From positions 97,278,001 to 97,342,000 of the forward strand of contig NW_026262668.1 of the NCBI RefSeq assembly GCF_021869535.1: 64,000 bases of DNA, read 5' to 3'. A model generated the notes under the pieces. The model worked only from the letters and a program-made list of their open reading frames with translations, was not told the DNA's origin and ran no database searches. Shown piece after piece: positions 25,182-39,442 of the stretch. A program made the translations under genes and the position numbers. Within the stretch, counting starts at the first letter, position 1, and each line of letters starts with the position of its first letter. The stretch is from Mytilus californianus (Eukaryota).

Positions 25182-28100
25182 CTGTCAGAAAAAAACAAAT
25201 AATTTGATATCATTTATTTACACAACTTATTATGAACAGTGGTGGATACCGGATTTTCAAAAGGGGAACCGGGGCCCCAAGATTTTCAAAATGGGGGAAC
25301 TGGAGCCCCAAGAAATTCATACAGGGGGCAGTTGCTGCCACAAATTGAGATGAAAAGTTTTAAAACAAAACTATTCGGCGACCCGCACCTGATTAGTCAC
25401 ATGAAATTTCTTATTGCACTATTATTTTAGAGATCAAGTGACTGTATAATTATACACAAAAAATCAGTGACAATTTTAGCAAAAATATTATAACAATAAT
25501 ATGTTATTTTTTTCAAACATCCAAAACATACCCCGCCGCATTCAGTTTGCGCCTGTCCCAAGTCAGGAGCCTCTGGCCTTTGTTAGTCTTGTATGTTTTT
25601 TAATTTTAGTTCATTTATATGTTTTGGAGTTTAGTGGCCTTCAGCTGTTGTCTGCTCTGAGGTCGTGTTTTTGTCTCTGACATATTCCCCATTTCCATTC
25701 TCAATTTTAGTTTCATTTATTCAAATCGTCACGGGTTTTTCATTCAGACTAAAAGTTGAGTTAGAAAATCAAATTTGTTGAAAACCAGAGTATTTGGGAA
25801 ATGTTAACAACTTTTAAAATCGTCTTATATATATATAAAATATAAATCTGGGCCCTGATTCGTCCCATGCATACTTATGGGACAGATGAAACCGTTATTA
25901 TATATCAGACACCTTTGTTAACAATGCTATATTCCTTTGAGCGTGATTGAAAGTAAAAAAAACATCCTTTACAAAAGTACATAATCTAATGACAGATATT
26001 ACGAAAATGACATTAAATCACCCTGAGAGGACGACAATGGTGGTAAAAAACTGGTATATTATAGGTCACATTCAATACCATCACACGTGGGACGAAACAT
26101 TGATTATGCAAAAATGCCTTAAATCGGATTTTTGACGTAAAGATCGAAAACTTATAATTCTATTTTTATATGGTGATCTTAAAGCTAAAGTCTAATGATC
26201 TAACCGGTAAAACCTCTTCTAGTTTCTCTTTCTCTCCTAGATTTTCCTTTATATACGGTATGCCTAGTACGATATCACCGAGAATCCTTTCTTCGGGATC
26301 TTTTATAAATGGAAGAACACCTGGCTTGAATACCTGAAAAATTAAACATATGATCTACTTCAACGCAAGCCTTCTATCAAAACATGTATTTCCACTTTCC
26401 TTGATTATATCTTCGGTAATAGCATACACATTTCAGAATATCAGAGTGAAGAGTAAAATTAATCCCCATAGCCAAGGAGTTACTGTTGCTTGCTTGTATA
26501 ATTTTATATATATATGTCATTTAAAAAAAAAAACTCTGTTATTAAGTAATAATCATAACCTAATAACAGTATATGTAATCTGTTTCTAAGCTAAGAAACA
26601 ATAGCTATATAGGATGACTGCTTGAGAGTTCTTACCATTCATGTGTAGACTTTATTCTGAAATAAGGTCAGCAAATGCTCATTACAGAAATATTAATATT
26701 TCAAAAGCAATTTCAAGATGTAACTACATGGACTGAACAAACCACAAACGACCATAACTATCATAATAATTTACACAGACTCGTACATGGAATTTTCACA
26801 ATTCATCTGCTTATCCATCCAGAGCACGTGATCCCCCCTCCCAGTTTTGTAGGGTTCGTGTTGCTCAGTCTTGACTTTTCTATGTTGTTTTGTAGACTGT
26901 TGGTTTTTTTCCCCCCGTTTTTCGTTTGTTTTTGTCATGGCATTTTCCAGTTTGTCTTCGACTAGTGAGTACAAATATTCCATTGGTATCGTTCTCCTTT
27001 ACCTTTACTTTGGACTAATTGAGTTGATTTTTTAGTGTCGAGGAACTCTAGACTTTTCTAGATCTCTACTTTGTGTAACTTGTATCTCTGTGTTGCTGGC
27101 TTATTGACGTGTAACCGTCAACTATATCTTTTATGTTTCTCTCTATCAGAAATAAATGGAGTCAGCTAATCCCCTTCTCTGTTATTTGATTATTTGAAGA
27201 AGAAAAAAAATCATTAATGAAGGTCAGGTTAAGGTAGATCGGGTGTCTTTTTCTGAACATCCCATTTGGGCATGTTGCAAAACTACATTTTTGTTTTTAA
27301 AATATTTTACCAAGTATCATTCATTATACAACAAAAATATCTTAAACTTGAAATGTTGGATTAAACTTTCAAAAAACTGAGTGTTGTAGAGTTAAAAAAA
27401 TTCATAAAAAAATCCTTTTAAAATCAAGGGCAGATATTCACATTGAATTTGATAGAACAATTTGTGTATTTTGGATATTTCAAGAAAATAAGTCCCGTGA
27501 CCCCCTTTTTTTATTTGATATTAGAAGTATTAATGAAAAGAAATTATCTCATCGAATTTTAGCAAATTCTATCGTTTAATGTTTCCTCAATAAGCAAAAA
27601 ATAAGTTACTTCTATATAACCAATATAAAATAACCCCGATTTCGTTAATTTCAAGGTATTTCAACAACAACAAAAACAAGATCCGTGACCCCCAGTTTTT
27701 TTTATAGAAATTTGAAAGAACATCGACCCAGAAGTCTTTTACTGAAGTTTAAGATAAATCTATCGTCAGGAACATTAAGACACCCCAGCTACCTTTACAG
27801 CTAAGTAAAGTGATTACTAAATATGATGTTTAAAATGACAAGATATCAGTCCTTAATGATTTGTAGTTTCTTTATGTAAACCTTAACGCAAGACTAAACA
27901 ACTAAAATCATTTCAAGCGTAAAATAAAAGGTCATGCCTCCCTTTACGTATACCTGCGTTACTTGACATGATGTAATAACTGACCAATCTTGTCCTTAAC
28001 GTAACTGGACAATCTTAATCAGAAGCCACTGATGAGTAAAATGAATGTCAAGGTATACTTTTAGTACTGCTACTGCTCCAATTGGTCTACTTTCAGTGTT

Positions 28101-28898
28101 AACCTTCTTCACTGAACCTAATGCACCAACTGAGAAAAAAAAATCATTCCAGACCTTTGATTTGACGTACTGAGTTGCAAAGATCTAACATGCATAAACA
28201 TTATAACGGGCTTAATTTAAAAATAAGCCAAAACCATTAATGCTTAAAATAAAGGTCAATGAACCCTTATCTTAATGAGGACCTTGGTCTTTAAACATGA
28301 CGAATCCACTGACAAATGTCCATTCCTATATCATGGAATTCAAGGTACGTAGATCAGGTTAAAGTGAGGTTTAACTCAAAACTAAGCCAGCAAAGGCTAT
28401 GAGCCATTCATTTGTAAAGTGAAAACCAGTGTAAGCTAATGTGGACCTTCGTCACTAAACACGGTGCACCAAATGACAAAGGATAATTCCTCTATGATTT
28501 TCAGTTTTTTAGATTTGTGACCTTCACGCAAAATTGAACTAAACCGGGACAGACAAACACCACAATAAGCAAACTCTATTAGGCTAAAGGCACCTGAAAT
28601 TTTTATTTACTTTTCCCCAGAATATCATTGAAAAACAAAGCTGCTAACATTTTTTATACAGAAATTTAAAAAAACTCTTAACTCTTACCTCTATAAAAGG
28701 AAAAGCTAAAACATCTGTTGATTCATCCACACCTCTGTAAGTCTTATTCAGTCTATGAATTGATTTCTTGTCATAACAAACAATAGCTAAATCGAAAGAA
28801 GTTATGTCCATCAACCTTCTCAATAACATCACATGGTTTTCCAGTAAACCAATGTTAAAATCAACAACTTTTTGCAAGTTTTTCACAACGAGAGTCAT
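25017..28898 (-). CDS. YBEY: Endoribonuclease YbeY (mitochondrial rRNA maturation factor), 3 coding exons, 167 aa
   Basis: Exons 28898-28689, 26333-26205, 25181-25017, all phase 0 and GT-AG. Motifs LNKTYRGVDESTDVLAFP, LGDIVLG and the metal-binding HGICHLIGYDH. Confidence 0.95.
26205..26333 (-). CDS. YBEY: YBEY exon 2
   Basis: 129 nt, VFKPGVLP...LGDIVLGIPYI...EVLP, acceptor tttttcag, donor CCG|gttaga. Confidence 0.93.
27233..27793. mobile_element. Kolobok-type MITE in YBEY intron 1
   Basis: GGTAGATCGGGTGTC ... GACACCCCAGCTACC, flanked by TTAA and TTTA. Confidence 0.6.
28689..28898 (-). CDS. YBEY: YBEY exon 1
   Basis: 210 nt, MTLVVKNLQ...TDVLAFPFIE, donor GAG|gtaaga. Confidence 0.94.
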
Positions 28899-30957
28899 CG
28901 CACATGATCAAAACGAAAGTGAAAGTTAGCCGCTTATCTCATTGAAAAAATTTAAAAATTACTATCATAAATTACTTTGAAGAAAGTTGTATTATAAGAT
29001 ACAATTAAATTTGCGATAACTAGTATATCGTTAGAATTATCACTAAGGCTAACGAAAAATAAATTACTAATATAATAATCCCGGTAAACAGTCAGCATTC
29101 AGAACATTCAGAACCGGGATCAATCTAACTCTAAACCAAAGATCTATTTTTTTTATATATAAAACGAAATGACTGAAACGAAATACTAATAAGTATTTTC
29201 TTTAGTCCTGAATGACATGATTTTAATCGTGATTAATTGTAAAGGTTTGTAAAGGGATGTAAGCAAACACATTTCCGGTTACATATAATTTGACTGATAT
29301 GTGCCTACATCGGGTCAAATATATCCTCAGTGATTGTTTTTCGTTTTTCAGGGAGGGAGGGGGAGGGGGGATTGGAATTTCTGTTTTTTTGTCAGGTTCC
29401 CACCCTTAAGAAGGAAAATAAGTTCAAGACACCCCTTCCAAAGACATGGACTACCCCCTCCCCCCTTTTCCAACATTTCTCAATTTACTTTTATTCTTTA
29501 TAACAAAAAATACATGCATACGATTTCTATTTCCATTATCATTATCATTATTATTTAAAAAGATATTGCAACAGAAGTTGATCTAGAGCTTCAAGTGGGG
29601 AAGTATTTTTGTGATTTCATGGAACTTTTAGTTTATTTGGATATATATATATGCCGGTTATGGTCACTTTGACATCTACTATACCTTCATTAAATTTCAG
29701 CACATTGTTCCTCTCCTTTATCGAATTGCTTGCCTCAACGGAAGAATATCTTGAAACTTAGGATTGAATCTTAACATATTGGGCCGAACCGAGCGAGACA
29801 AAAACAAAGTATGTCTGTAGTGCCAAAAAAGATTTTTTTTTTCTATTGTAGACGAAAGCGTAGGGTGTGGTCGCCTAAGTTCGCACCTCTAGGTCATACA
29901 GGAAATTATTCACGTAAAGACATGTAAAAAATGCCACACTCGACTCCCAAATATTCAGTATCTTAAACCATTGATATATATACTAAATTATGAGTTTTGC
30001 GATTAATCATAAAAGGAAACATCTATTAGTATTATCAGTGTTTTTATTATTTGGAAAGGGGTATTACCAGAAAAGCTTCTAGAAAACCGGCAAAAGTACG
30101 ACATCAAACCACCAGTCCCCGACATTGTCGTTCTTCATGTCCAACAAACAAACAGCTAAACAAACATTAAAATGAAGTTTGAAACCAAAAATGATGACAC
30201 AAGAGATATAGATACGCCATCTGAATCAAGTGTTTAGACACTTTTGCTGAATAATCAGATACTTATTTAGTGTATTCGTCAAATAAGTTTTTGTATGTTT
30301 GATATATAGAATTTCTCAAATCTCAATGCTCAAACCCTAAACAATAATTATATGACATGTGCTATATGATAAGTAATAATAATAATAATAGTATTTGCCA
30401 TAGGTTTACGTTTTTTTAAAAAGATCACATAGAGTAAAGGGTATGCGTGGTCGAAGCCAAATAAAAACTTGAAGAAAAAAAAAATCCCACTACTAGAAGA
30501 CCCCGATCAAAACCATGATGGCAATTTAAAATAATTCTAGGCAGAATTTGAGAATAAAATTAAATTAACAGATTTAACAAATTATCTCTTATTAATTGAT
30601 GGTAAGTTTCGTGCGTCCGTTGCGCTTTTCTGTATTTACCTTCATCAGGAACGTTCAAATCGAACAATTCAAAAGCCATGCAGAGATGTATAAATACTTG
30701 ACGATCGAGCCTTACCCCTTGAAGAGACATAAAAAATATCTAATAAATGGTAAAATTTGCAAGAGGGAATTGGAACCTTAGTATGTAATAATGTATTAGT
30801 ATATCAACGGAAAGTTTTAGACATGTATGTTATAAGTGAACAGACATTAAAGTTAATGCGAGTTATCCTTGGTTCCACAGTGACGTTGCAACCGTAACAA
30901 CGACACATAGTAGAATGCATGGAGACCTGTGATGATTGTTGGAACAAGTAATCTGGT

Positions 30958-31644
30958 ATGACGGCATGTGTACAGACTCTGCCGTCTCTAGTTATACCGT
31001 CATCACCACGTATACCGAAATTTTATCTTAAAAAGCCAACATCAAATATACAAGAAACTAAACAAGATTTCCGAGTAACTGTTAAACATTTTCAGAAGAA
31101 GTTCCCGACATTGACGTCGTTGTATACATCCGATAATGACAACACTCGTCAGATGAAGGATTGTTCGAATCTGTGGTCGTATGGAACACCGTATCTGGTA
31201 AAGCTATTATTCTCTGGAAACTTGTCAAAAGCATTTTTTGAAGAAATTTGTAAAGCATGTGAAACAACTGAAAGAAAACGGCAAAAGAAACAACGAACAG
31301 AAGATGGAGAAGAACAAAAACTAATCTGGTTACCAAAGAATAAGGTAAAACTCAGAGAATCTGGTAGACGAACAGAGCAGCGCATTCTTGAAGCTAGGCT
31401 TCGACATAAAGAATATTTAGAAAATGTATCCATCAGGGCTGAGAAACTTAGGAACAAAACTGAAGTTATTAGACTTAAGAAGGCGGGTGAAATGCAACGA
31501 GGAAAGAAGGTGGCTCTTGAGAGAATGCAAAAAGAACATATACGTCCTAGTCGCTTAATAAAACGACAGAACAGAAGTCCACTGATGATACAAACTATCA
31601 ACAATAAAGTGTTTGAATTAACTGAACCTTTACCAACCTGCTAG
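30958..31644 (+). CDS. Uncharacterised intronless basic protein, 228 aa, with a predicted C-terminal coiled coil
   Basis: Long stop-free ORF in very AT-rich DNA with an E/K/R-rich helical C-terminal half. No transposon motifs recognised. Divergent from YBEY, about 2 kb away. Confidence 0.65.
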   Translation: MTACVQTLPSLVIPSSPRIPKFYLKKPTSNIQETKQDFRVTVKHFQKKFPTLTSLYTSDNDNTRQMKDCSNLWSYGTPYLVKLLFSGNLSKAFFEEICKACETTERKRQKKQRTEDGEEQKLIWLPKNKVKLRESGRRTEQRILEARLRHKEYLENVSIRAEKLRNKTEVIRLKKAGEMQRGKKVALERMQKEHIRPSRLIKRQNRSPLMIQTINNKVFELTEPLPTC

Positions 31645-32327
31645 AATTGAAGGACAGATGTTAATTAAATTTTTGATTATACCTAATCATTTTTTGTTTG
31701 TTTATCAGATATATATGTTTCAGTGAAACGATGTACAGTGATGAGCTATAGCTAGACCAAGCTTGCCTCCATCGGCACCGTATACATATTTAGTTTCTTA
31801 TTTGAATATATTCTTGGACAAATAGTTTGGGACTAGAGTATAGACACGGCCTTCGTGATTCGGTTATCGAGGCAAATGATAGTAACGGTTGTCATGTATT
31901 GCGATCGCGTAAAGATCAGATCTGGTCTCGGATCGTGAAAGAAATTTTACCGAGAAGACAAATTGCAAGGTTAGTTTTTAATCCATTTATGAATTAAAAG
32001 AACAAAAATGAAGATATTTGTCAAAACTTTTAACATTGTAGAGAAATCGAAAATATTTACCGTTTTAACAAAAGGCAGATTGCGCAATCATTTCAATGAC
32101 CGGTATAGAGTGTAAACAAAAATATATTTGTTTTTCCTAATACAAAATGACGTTCTGCATTACTATTTGGAAAGGCTCCTAAAATTGATTGGAGGTAGAT
32201 TATTCTCAATGTTTGCAGAAAAAAACAAATATAATATATTTATTAATTTGATATGCCTTAACGGGAAAGATCGGGGATCGCTTATTTGTATTTTGCTAAC
32301 ACCTTTGAGAGCGTACCAATCATTTAA

Positions 32328-35300
32328 GTAGAGGCTTCCGAGAGCCTGTGTCGCTCACCTGATTTTACTTTAGTTTTGGAAATCATGTAAAAATAGATTA
32401 AAATCATAATAGATACCGTAATAATGATTGAGGCCACAGTTGGTTTAATATTGGCCCCGTAATTTAATCAAAAGTATAGAAGACTTTTTGTAAAGTTTAC
32501 AGAAATTACCAATAAATTCATTGAAATTGTAGAACATGACTTTATAAGGACAATGACAAATCAGCTACAAAGTAACAACACTTGGTCAGCACCTCATAAG
32601 GAACATTCATGCCATGTTTGGTTTCATTTCATTCAGTGGTTCTCTTAAAGAAGACATTTGTATGTATTGTCCATAGGGTCCTATGTTAAACGAAGTCCCC
32701 CGCTGGCGGCCATCTTGGATGATGGATCGGCTACAAAGTTACAACACTTGGTCAGCACCTCATAAGGAACATTCATGCCATGTTTTATTTCATTCCATTC
32801 ACTGGTTCTCTAAAAGAAGACATTTGTATGTATTTCCCATAGGCCGCTCTATGTTAAACTAAGTCCCGACCCCCCTCTGGCGGCCATCTTGGATGATGGA
32901 TCGGCTTCAAAGTAACAACACTTGGTCAGCTCCTCATATTGAACATTCATGCCATGTTTGGTTTTATTCCAATCAGTGGTTCTCCAAAAGAAGACATTTG
33001 TATGTATTGTCCATAGACTTTACGCACGTTATTGCGTCAATACCGTGAAACCAACCAGTCCAGTACACACTGATAAACAGCTTTTTATTTAAGGAGTTAA
33101 GCTATATAAGATTTATATTCATAGACTAGGCAGGTATTACTGTTTTAAAAAAATCAACAAATTCCTTTATAATATTTTACAATAGTCTAGAATAAGGACA
33201 AAAATATTGGCAAAACGTAAAAATTATGACTGTCAGATGTAACAGACTATACGCATAATAACTTTTATAGGGGTGTTTGTGCTCTTTGAAACAGTGTCAA
33301 ATACGCAAAAACTCGCATGAATGATATGCGTCATATATAAAGTATTACGTAATTACTAAATTTGCGTTGATGCAAAGGCCAAAGCTATTTTTTTCCAAAA
33401 ATGAATAATCTTCACCATTGTCAGATTTCGGAAAATGGTAAGATATCAAAATTTATAGGTTCTTATTTTAATATAAGATTATATGAAATTTCGTTTTCAT
33501 AAATCATGCTTTCAAAAGTACATAAATAAACCATTTCAAAACCAAATTTTTACAGCACTCACAACACAAATAAAAATACAACGGCTTCTGGCAAATGTCT
33601 TGCAAGAATGTCCAATGTCGAATTTCGCGGCTTTTTACATGTAAGCTGTCAGTTGCGACGTCATTTATTAAAAATTTCGATTTGTTGCATACTAAATAGT
33701 GCTTTTCCGTAATTGTACTTTAACCTTTCAAAACAGTTACATACTTTTTGACAATTTGCTTAGTCAAAACGACTTCGTTTTTAAACAAATCCAATGTCTT
33801 GCAATTTTGTCCACTGCATGATTTTCTTACACTTTGAACGTTGTCGATTCGGGACGCTATTTATGTCTTTTAAAATTAAATTGAATTTTTTGTTACATTT
33901 GTATTTTGGTGTTTAACTCAACTTTTAGCGCCCTTGGTTGTATCATATCGGACGGTTTTCTATGATAGAGGAAGTCGTAGAACCTTTGTTGTAATATAAA
34001 TTGTAAACCCGTAGAACACACTCGCAAAATACACCAAATAATATCCACAAATTTTGTTACAAATCTTCTTGTCCGAGACTTATCGTGTTACAATTGTAAT
34101 AACTGATTTAATAGAGCAATATACGATTGCGAGAAAGCGCAATTTATAGGAAATTTCAAAAAAGTCAAATTGATTCAAAAGTCAGGAAAGAAAAATGATG
34201 ACCATTGCGATACAAATTATAATATAATCGAAGACATTGTTGAAAAGGACATGATAATTAGGGTTTTGGCAGACGATATAGATTATGAGTAGCAAGGAAT
34301 TGTATATTTTTTTCTAAAAGCTCGACAACTACGAAGTGCAAAACAAAACAGTTGATATCATTATGAGGCTGAAACCTTATTCTATCATTTAGCCCATTTT
34401 TTAAGTTTCTAGTAAAATTTCTGAATTTTCTACGATTTTTCGAAATTTCAGTTTTGAATTTCATTATTCTGTCAAAATATGTCTATCAATCTGGGAGTGT
34501 ACTACGATTTCTTTTAAATATTGGAAAGTAGAAAGAACAAAGTGAGAAAATGAGATATCATTTTAAAGAAGGAATATTTTTCTACAGATTGGTCTAAATT
34601 ACGAATGCTAAATGTAATTGGTACAATGTAAATGATTTTATTTCGAAACATGTTGAAAATTTGAAGTAGTGCGTCAATAAATACATCGACACTTCGTATT
34701 TTGGTAAGGGTTAAATAACTACTTGAAATAGATGTCACATTGACATACAACTTAAAAGCTTAATCTTTTTTCTATCACATAGTGTTGGTTTTATGAAAAT
34801 GGTGATAAAAACGAATTTGCTATGATTTTTCAAAATCCCATGTTTATAGTTCACATTGACGCCATTTTGTTCAGTCAAGTTCCACACCGACGAAGTCGGA
34901 AATTACAGGCAAGAAATGTATATAAGACTTCCGATTGAGATTGATTGTGCCGTTTTATACACGATTTTAATCATTTATCTTTTGTCAAATACTATTTTTA
35001 TACTTAATCGTTGTTTGGTATTGTAGTTTGCCATTATTAAGCTTTGCAGCAAATTTCCACAAGCTTAAAAGCAAAACAGTTCCTTCCTTTTTTTTTGCTA
35101 GAAGAGCAGTAGTCTAGAGGTAGCAAAATATTCCTTCGGTGTTAAAATAAATAATATGCGAATGTCGGAAAGTTTTAACTGTTTCTAATTAAAAAAATTA
35201 TTGCACCACGGCATAATTTAGCATTTATTAACAGGTGAGCTCGGCGTGATTTCTTTTTGACACCTTAAATCAGGGACAGCCTATAGTTAGTACAAAAATG

Positions 35301-37042
35301 TATACACTGTTCCTGCTTAAATATATATACGACAAAAATTTGCTGTTCAATGATACATGCTAGATTATACCTGCAAATTTGATATCCCATACCGGTGTTT
35401 ATTATAACACCTATTATCTAAGTTCTTTTATCTAGACAAAATACTACATCTGTTCACGTACTTCTTCCTTTATACTTTTCTATTCCAGTCATATTCCAAA
35501 ATTGAAAAGTTATTTTTTAACTTTTTGCATTACCTTAAATCTTTTTAAAAACTCGTATTAAAATATGTCAGATTTCAACTATTAATTGATCTTAATTGTT
35601 GCATACCATCGTGAAATATCAAGAGGAGGTACAAGAAAAAAATGTTTTTCAGAAGTAACTTTGTTTAAGGTTGTATTTTCTGTTTATTTCATTTAAGGAA
35701 TTGTATATCTAAATAGACAATTTCTTGTTTCATTTCATGATTAAATGACCAAGTTCGATAACTTCTGCCAGATAAGTAATGAGCCAGTTAGAGCGACGGG
35801 ATGTAATTAACACACCACCCAAGTTAGAGATGCATCATACAATTTTCTTTGAAGTCGGTCGCGTTTCCATTCCTTTTAAATATATAATTCCTTGTGAGTA
35901 GTAATAGATCAAGAAGACCACAAACTATAACAGAAATATTTCCGATGACTTGGGTTGTTCATTTAGTCGAGGTTCTAAAGTCGTGAAAAGGCTGTATTAC
36001 GAGAGGATAACAAATCAGCCATTTATTTTCAAATTTGTGAGGCGTTAAACTGCGATTTGTTATTTCTCTGCAATACGATTCATATGAATAGAAATTGAAA
36101 GTAAAAATAAAATTATTGTGCTTGAAACCTTACAAAGTTTGTAAGCATATGGGATGAATATAACGATTTTTTTCTGACAACAGTTTTACCGGTATTTCTT
36201 AGTTTAATAGTTCCGATATCAAAAAATGTCAAGTTAACTTTTTAAGTAGGGCCTTTTTAACTTGTAATCCTCCACACACTTTTTTATTAAAGCAAATGGA
36301 CATCTTCCTCCTTATTCTCGGATTTAAATGGGGAAATATTGCATGTTATTTCGTTTTATGTGATTTGGTGTCTGGTAGAGGGTGGTCTCATTGGCAATCA
36401 TACCACATCTTCTTATTTTTATATAGACCCTATTATATTACTCAAATACATATATCGTGTTGTTTGTTGCTTGCGTAACTTCCAGTGGGAAATATTTCAT
36501 GCATATTCAGTAAAAACCAAACATTTAGAAGTTTTCATATTGATGTGCAGAAAAAAATTTGCCAACGAAAAAAAATATCCTCGATATTCTGCGTAAAACG
36601 TCAAATTTTGACGTTACCAAATGAAACGCAATATCGTGCGTAACGTCATAGGGTCCTATGTTAAACGAAGTACCCGCTGGCGGCCATCTTGGTTGATGGA
36701 ACGGCTTCAAAGTAACAACACTTGGTCAGCACCTCATAAGGAACATTCATGCCATGTTTTATTTCATTCCATTCAGTGGTTCTCTAAAAGAAGACATTTG
36801 TATGTATTGTCCATAGAGTCCTATGTTAAACGAAGTCCATCGCTGGCGGCCATCTTGGATGATGGATCGGCTTCAAAGTAACAACACTTGATCAGCACCT
36901 CATAAGGAACATTCATGCCATGTTTGGTTTCATTCCAATCAGTAAGAAGAAGTTCAAAATGTAAAAAGTTAACGACGACGGACAACGGACGCCAAGTGAT
37001 GAGAAAAGCTCACTTGGTCCTTCAGGCCAGGTGAGCTAAAAA
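32328..37042 (+). mobile_element. HINE-like element with about 170-bp units, split by the 33017-36646 insertion
   Basis: 5' GCTCACCTG (32353) is inverted at 37028-37036. Units (GGCGGCCATCTTGGATGATGGATCGG) lie on both sides of the insert, with a GACG tract and an AGCTCAC/GTGAGCT 3' palindrome. Confidence 0.75.
33017..36646. mobile_element. 3.6-kb DNA transposon nested in a satellite-bearing element
   Basis: Imperfect TIR AC(T/G)TTACGCACG(T/A)TATTGCGT. The host repeat is interrupted exactly at a duplicated CATAG. Confidence 0.75.
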
Positions 37043-37069
37043 TAATCTGGCAATTGATAACACAGCTGG

Positions 37070-37185
37070 TTTACTATCAGTTTCTGAGGGTATCACCAGC
37101 TCAGTAGTCAGAGCTGCGATACTGACATGATTTTTTAAAATTGTCTGTTTATAAATAAAGAAATTATTAAGAAACTAAGGTTCCA
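37070..37185 (-). repeat. Fragment of the retrozyme repeat family without a hammerhead core
   Basis: The reverse complement contains CTGACTACTGAGCTGGTGATACCCTC, which I recall as part of this family's monomer and which resembles 57495-57535. Confidence 0.5.
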
Positions 37186-37669
37186 ACACGACGGGTGCCT
37201 CATGTGGAGCAGGATCTGCTTTCCTTTTTGGGGCACCTGATATCATCTCCATTTTTTAAAAGGTGCTTGTGTTGCTCGGTCTGGTTTTCTGTGTTTTGTT
37301 TTGAAGATTTTTTGTTCGTCTTTCGTTTTTTGCCAACGCGTTGTCTCTGAATCCCTCCTTATATACAAGGTGTTATAGAAAGGTATAAATGATTTTTTTT
37401 CCAGAGACAAGTGCCTGTGCTGTTTCCGTATATGGGGACAACCATTTGATTTTTAGGGTGAGGATTTGAAAATGAATATCCTGGCCTAGCTGGTAAAAGC
37501 TGAACATAAATAATCTTGCCCAAGACAGGATGTAAAGGAATATTCTGCAGCACTACATGCAGAAAGTAATTGTGTGCATGGAAATAAATAAGCATGAATA
37601 GCTGAAAGGATGAATAAACTGTTATCACAGAGATATGTCTCACCTTTTTGTAATTTTGATAATGCAAAT

Positions 37670-38605
37670 GTTGAAATTAAAATAGCAATACTTTAACATG
37701 TAAGTTATGCAAATATTCAAAGTCGATGAACCATGACTGAAGGTACATGGCTAAACAATCTCCATGGAAATGAGATGTGCCAATGTTAATAAAACTGCAT
37801 ACCAAATACCATTGACTAATCATAAGTCGTTCCCTTTAAACAAACCTAAACACAAACATTAACTTGTAAACAATGTAAAAGTTTCAAAGTCAATGAACCA
37901 TGATCAGAGGTGGGGCTATATAATCTCCATGGAAACGATACTTGCAAATGCCAATACATTTGCATACCAAATATCATTGACTTAACATTAGCAGTTCATC
38001 TTAAACTGATCTAATCACAAACTAATACATGTAAACTAAGCAAAAGTTTCAAAGTCAATTGACTATGACTGAGGGGGCGGGGCAAAATAATCTCCATGGA
38101 ATTGAGATGTGCTAATGCTTATACAACTGAACACCAATTAACATTGGCCTACCACTAATGGTTCCCCTTGAACTGACCTAATAACAAACTAATACATGTT
38201 AACTTAGCAAAATTTTCAAAGTCTATAGACCATGACTAAGGGGGTGGAGCCAAATAATGTCCATGGAAATGGGATATGCAAATGCTTATACAACTGCATA
38301 CCAAATATCATTGACCTACCACTAGTGGTTCCCCATAAATTGACCTAATCACAAACTAATACATGTAAACTATGAAAAGTTTCAAAGTCAATAGACCTTG
38401 ACTGAGGGGGCGGGGCCAAATAATATCCATGGTAATGAGATGTGCCAATGCTAATACAACTGCATACCAAATATCATTGACCTACCACTAGTGGTTCATC
38501 ATGAACTAGACCTAATCACAAACTAATACATTGATGACGCCGCCGTCGCCGGAAACAGCATACCTTTATCTCGCTTTTTGACTCAGTCAAGGCGAGACAA
38601 AAACG
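37670..38605 (+). mobile_element. HINE-like element, about 5 units of about 180 bp
   Basis: Repeated GAAATGAGATGTGCCAATGC...CATACCAAATATCATTGACC, a GCCGCCGTCGCC tract, and a 3' palindrome TCTCGC..GCGAGA. Confidence 0.7.
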
Positions 38606-39442
38606 AGAAACAAGAAACAAGAAACACATATGAACTACATACACAGACGACAACTACTGTAATCAGATTCCTGACTTAGGACAGGTGCAAACATTTGCCG
38701 TGGGATTAAACGTTTTAATGGTACCAAACCTTCTCCCTTTTCTGAATCAATAGTATAACATCACAACATAGAAAAACACACTATAAATATCAATTGGAAG
38801 GCTTAACTCAATCAAAAAACGTAAATTAACACACAATGAAGGAATAAATTTGACCTGAGACACCTGAATGCAAATACACAGTTAATAAAAAATTACAAGG
38901 GATAAATATTTAAAGTCAAAAGTAAATAAACAGGTTTAAACAAAGTTAAAGTATGATATCACTGTGAAATGTCAAACAATTTTTAGAAAATCATCACTTT
39001 TGAAGAAACCTGCATCATATTATACACAGGTAAATGAAAATAACTTTGTTGTTAAGTATACTTCTTCTTCTGTGTGTATAAAATCTACCGTTTAGGAATA
39101 CCAAGAAATTTCTTTAATATCAATAAAACTAATATAACACTTGGTACATATGGGGTGAATATCAACAATAAAACTATACAATTAGTGCTAGATAAAACTT
39201 CCTGTACAGGTCCAAGAACAGCATCTAAGGAAAAATGAAATAATTTTGATGTTCATAGTACAAAGAAGTGAAAATTTGTAGTAATACCAAATAATCAAAG
39301 CTGGTATATAGACAAGATCCATGTTAACAATAAATAACAAAAAAGCATTACAAATAGTATCAACAGTTCAGAAGCAACAACACTTTTTGCAGCTATTACA
39401 AGTTTAAGTTTTGTCATTACTCTTATTACTGTAAAAAATCTT

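Noticed and set aside
28020-28060. CACTGATGAGT as a second hammerhead core
   Set aside because: No stem II or GAAA follows.
31082-31604. Minus-strand ORFs of 84 and 151 aa
   Set aside because: Antisense shadows of the 228-aa plus-strand ORF.
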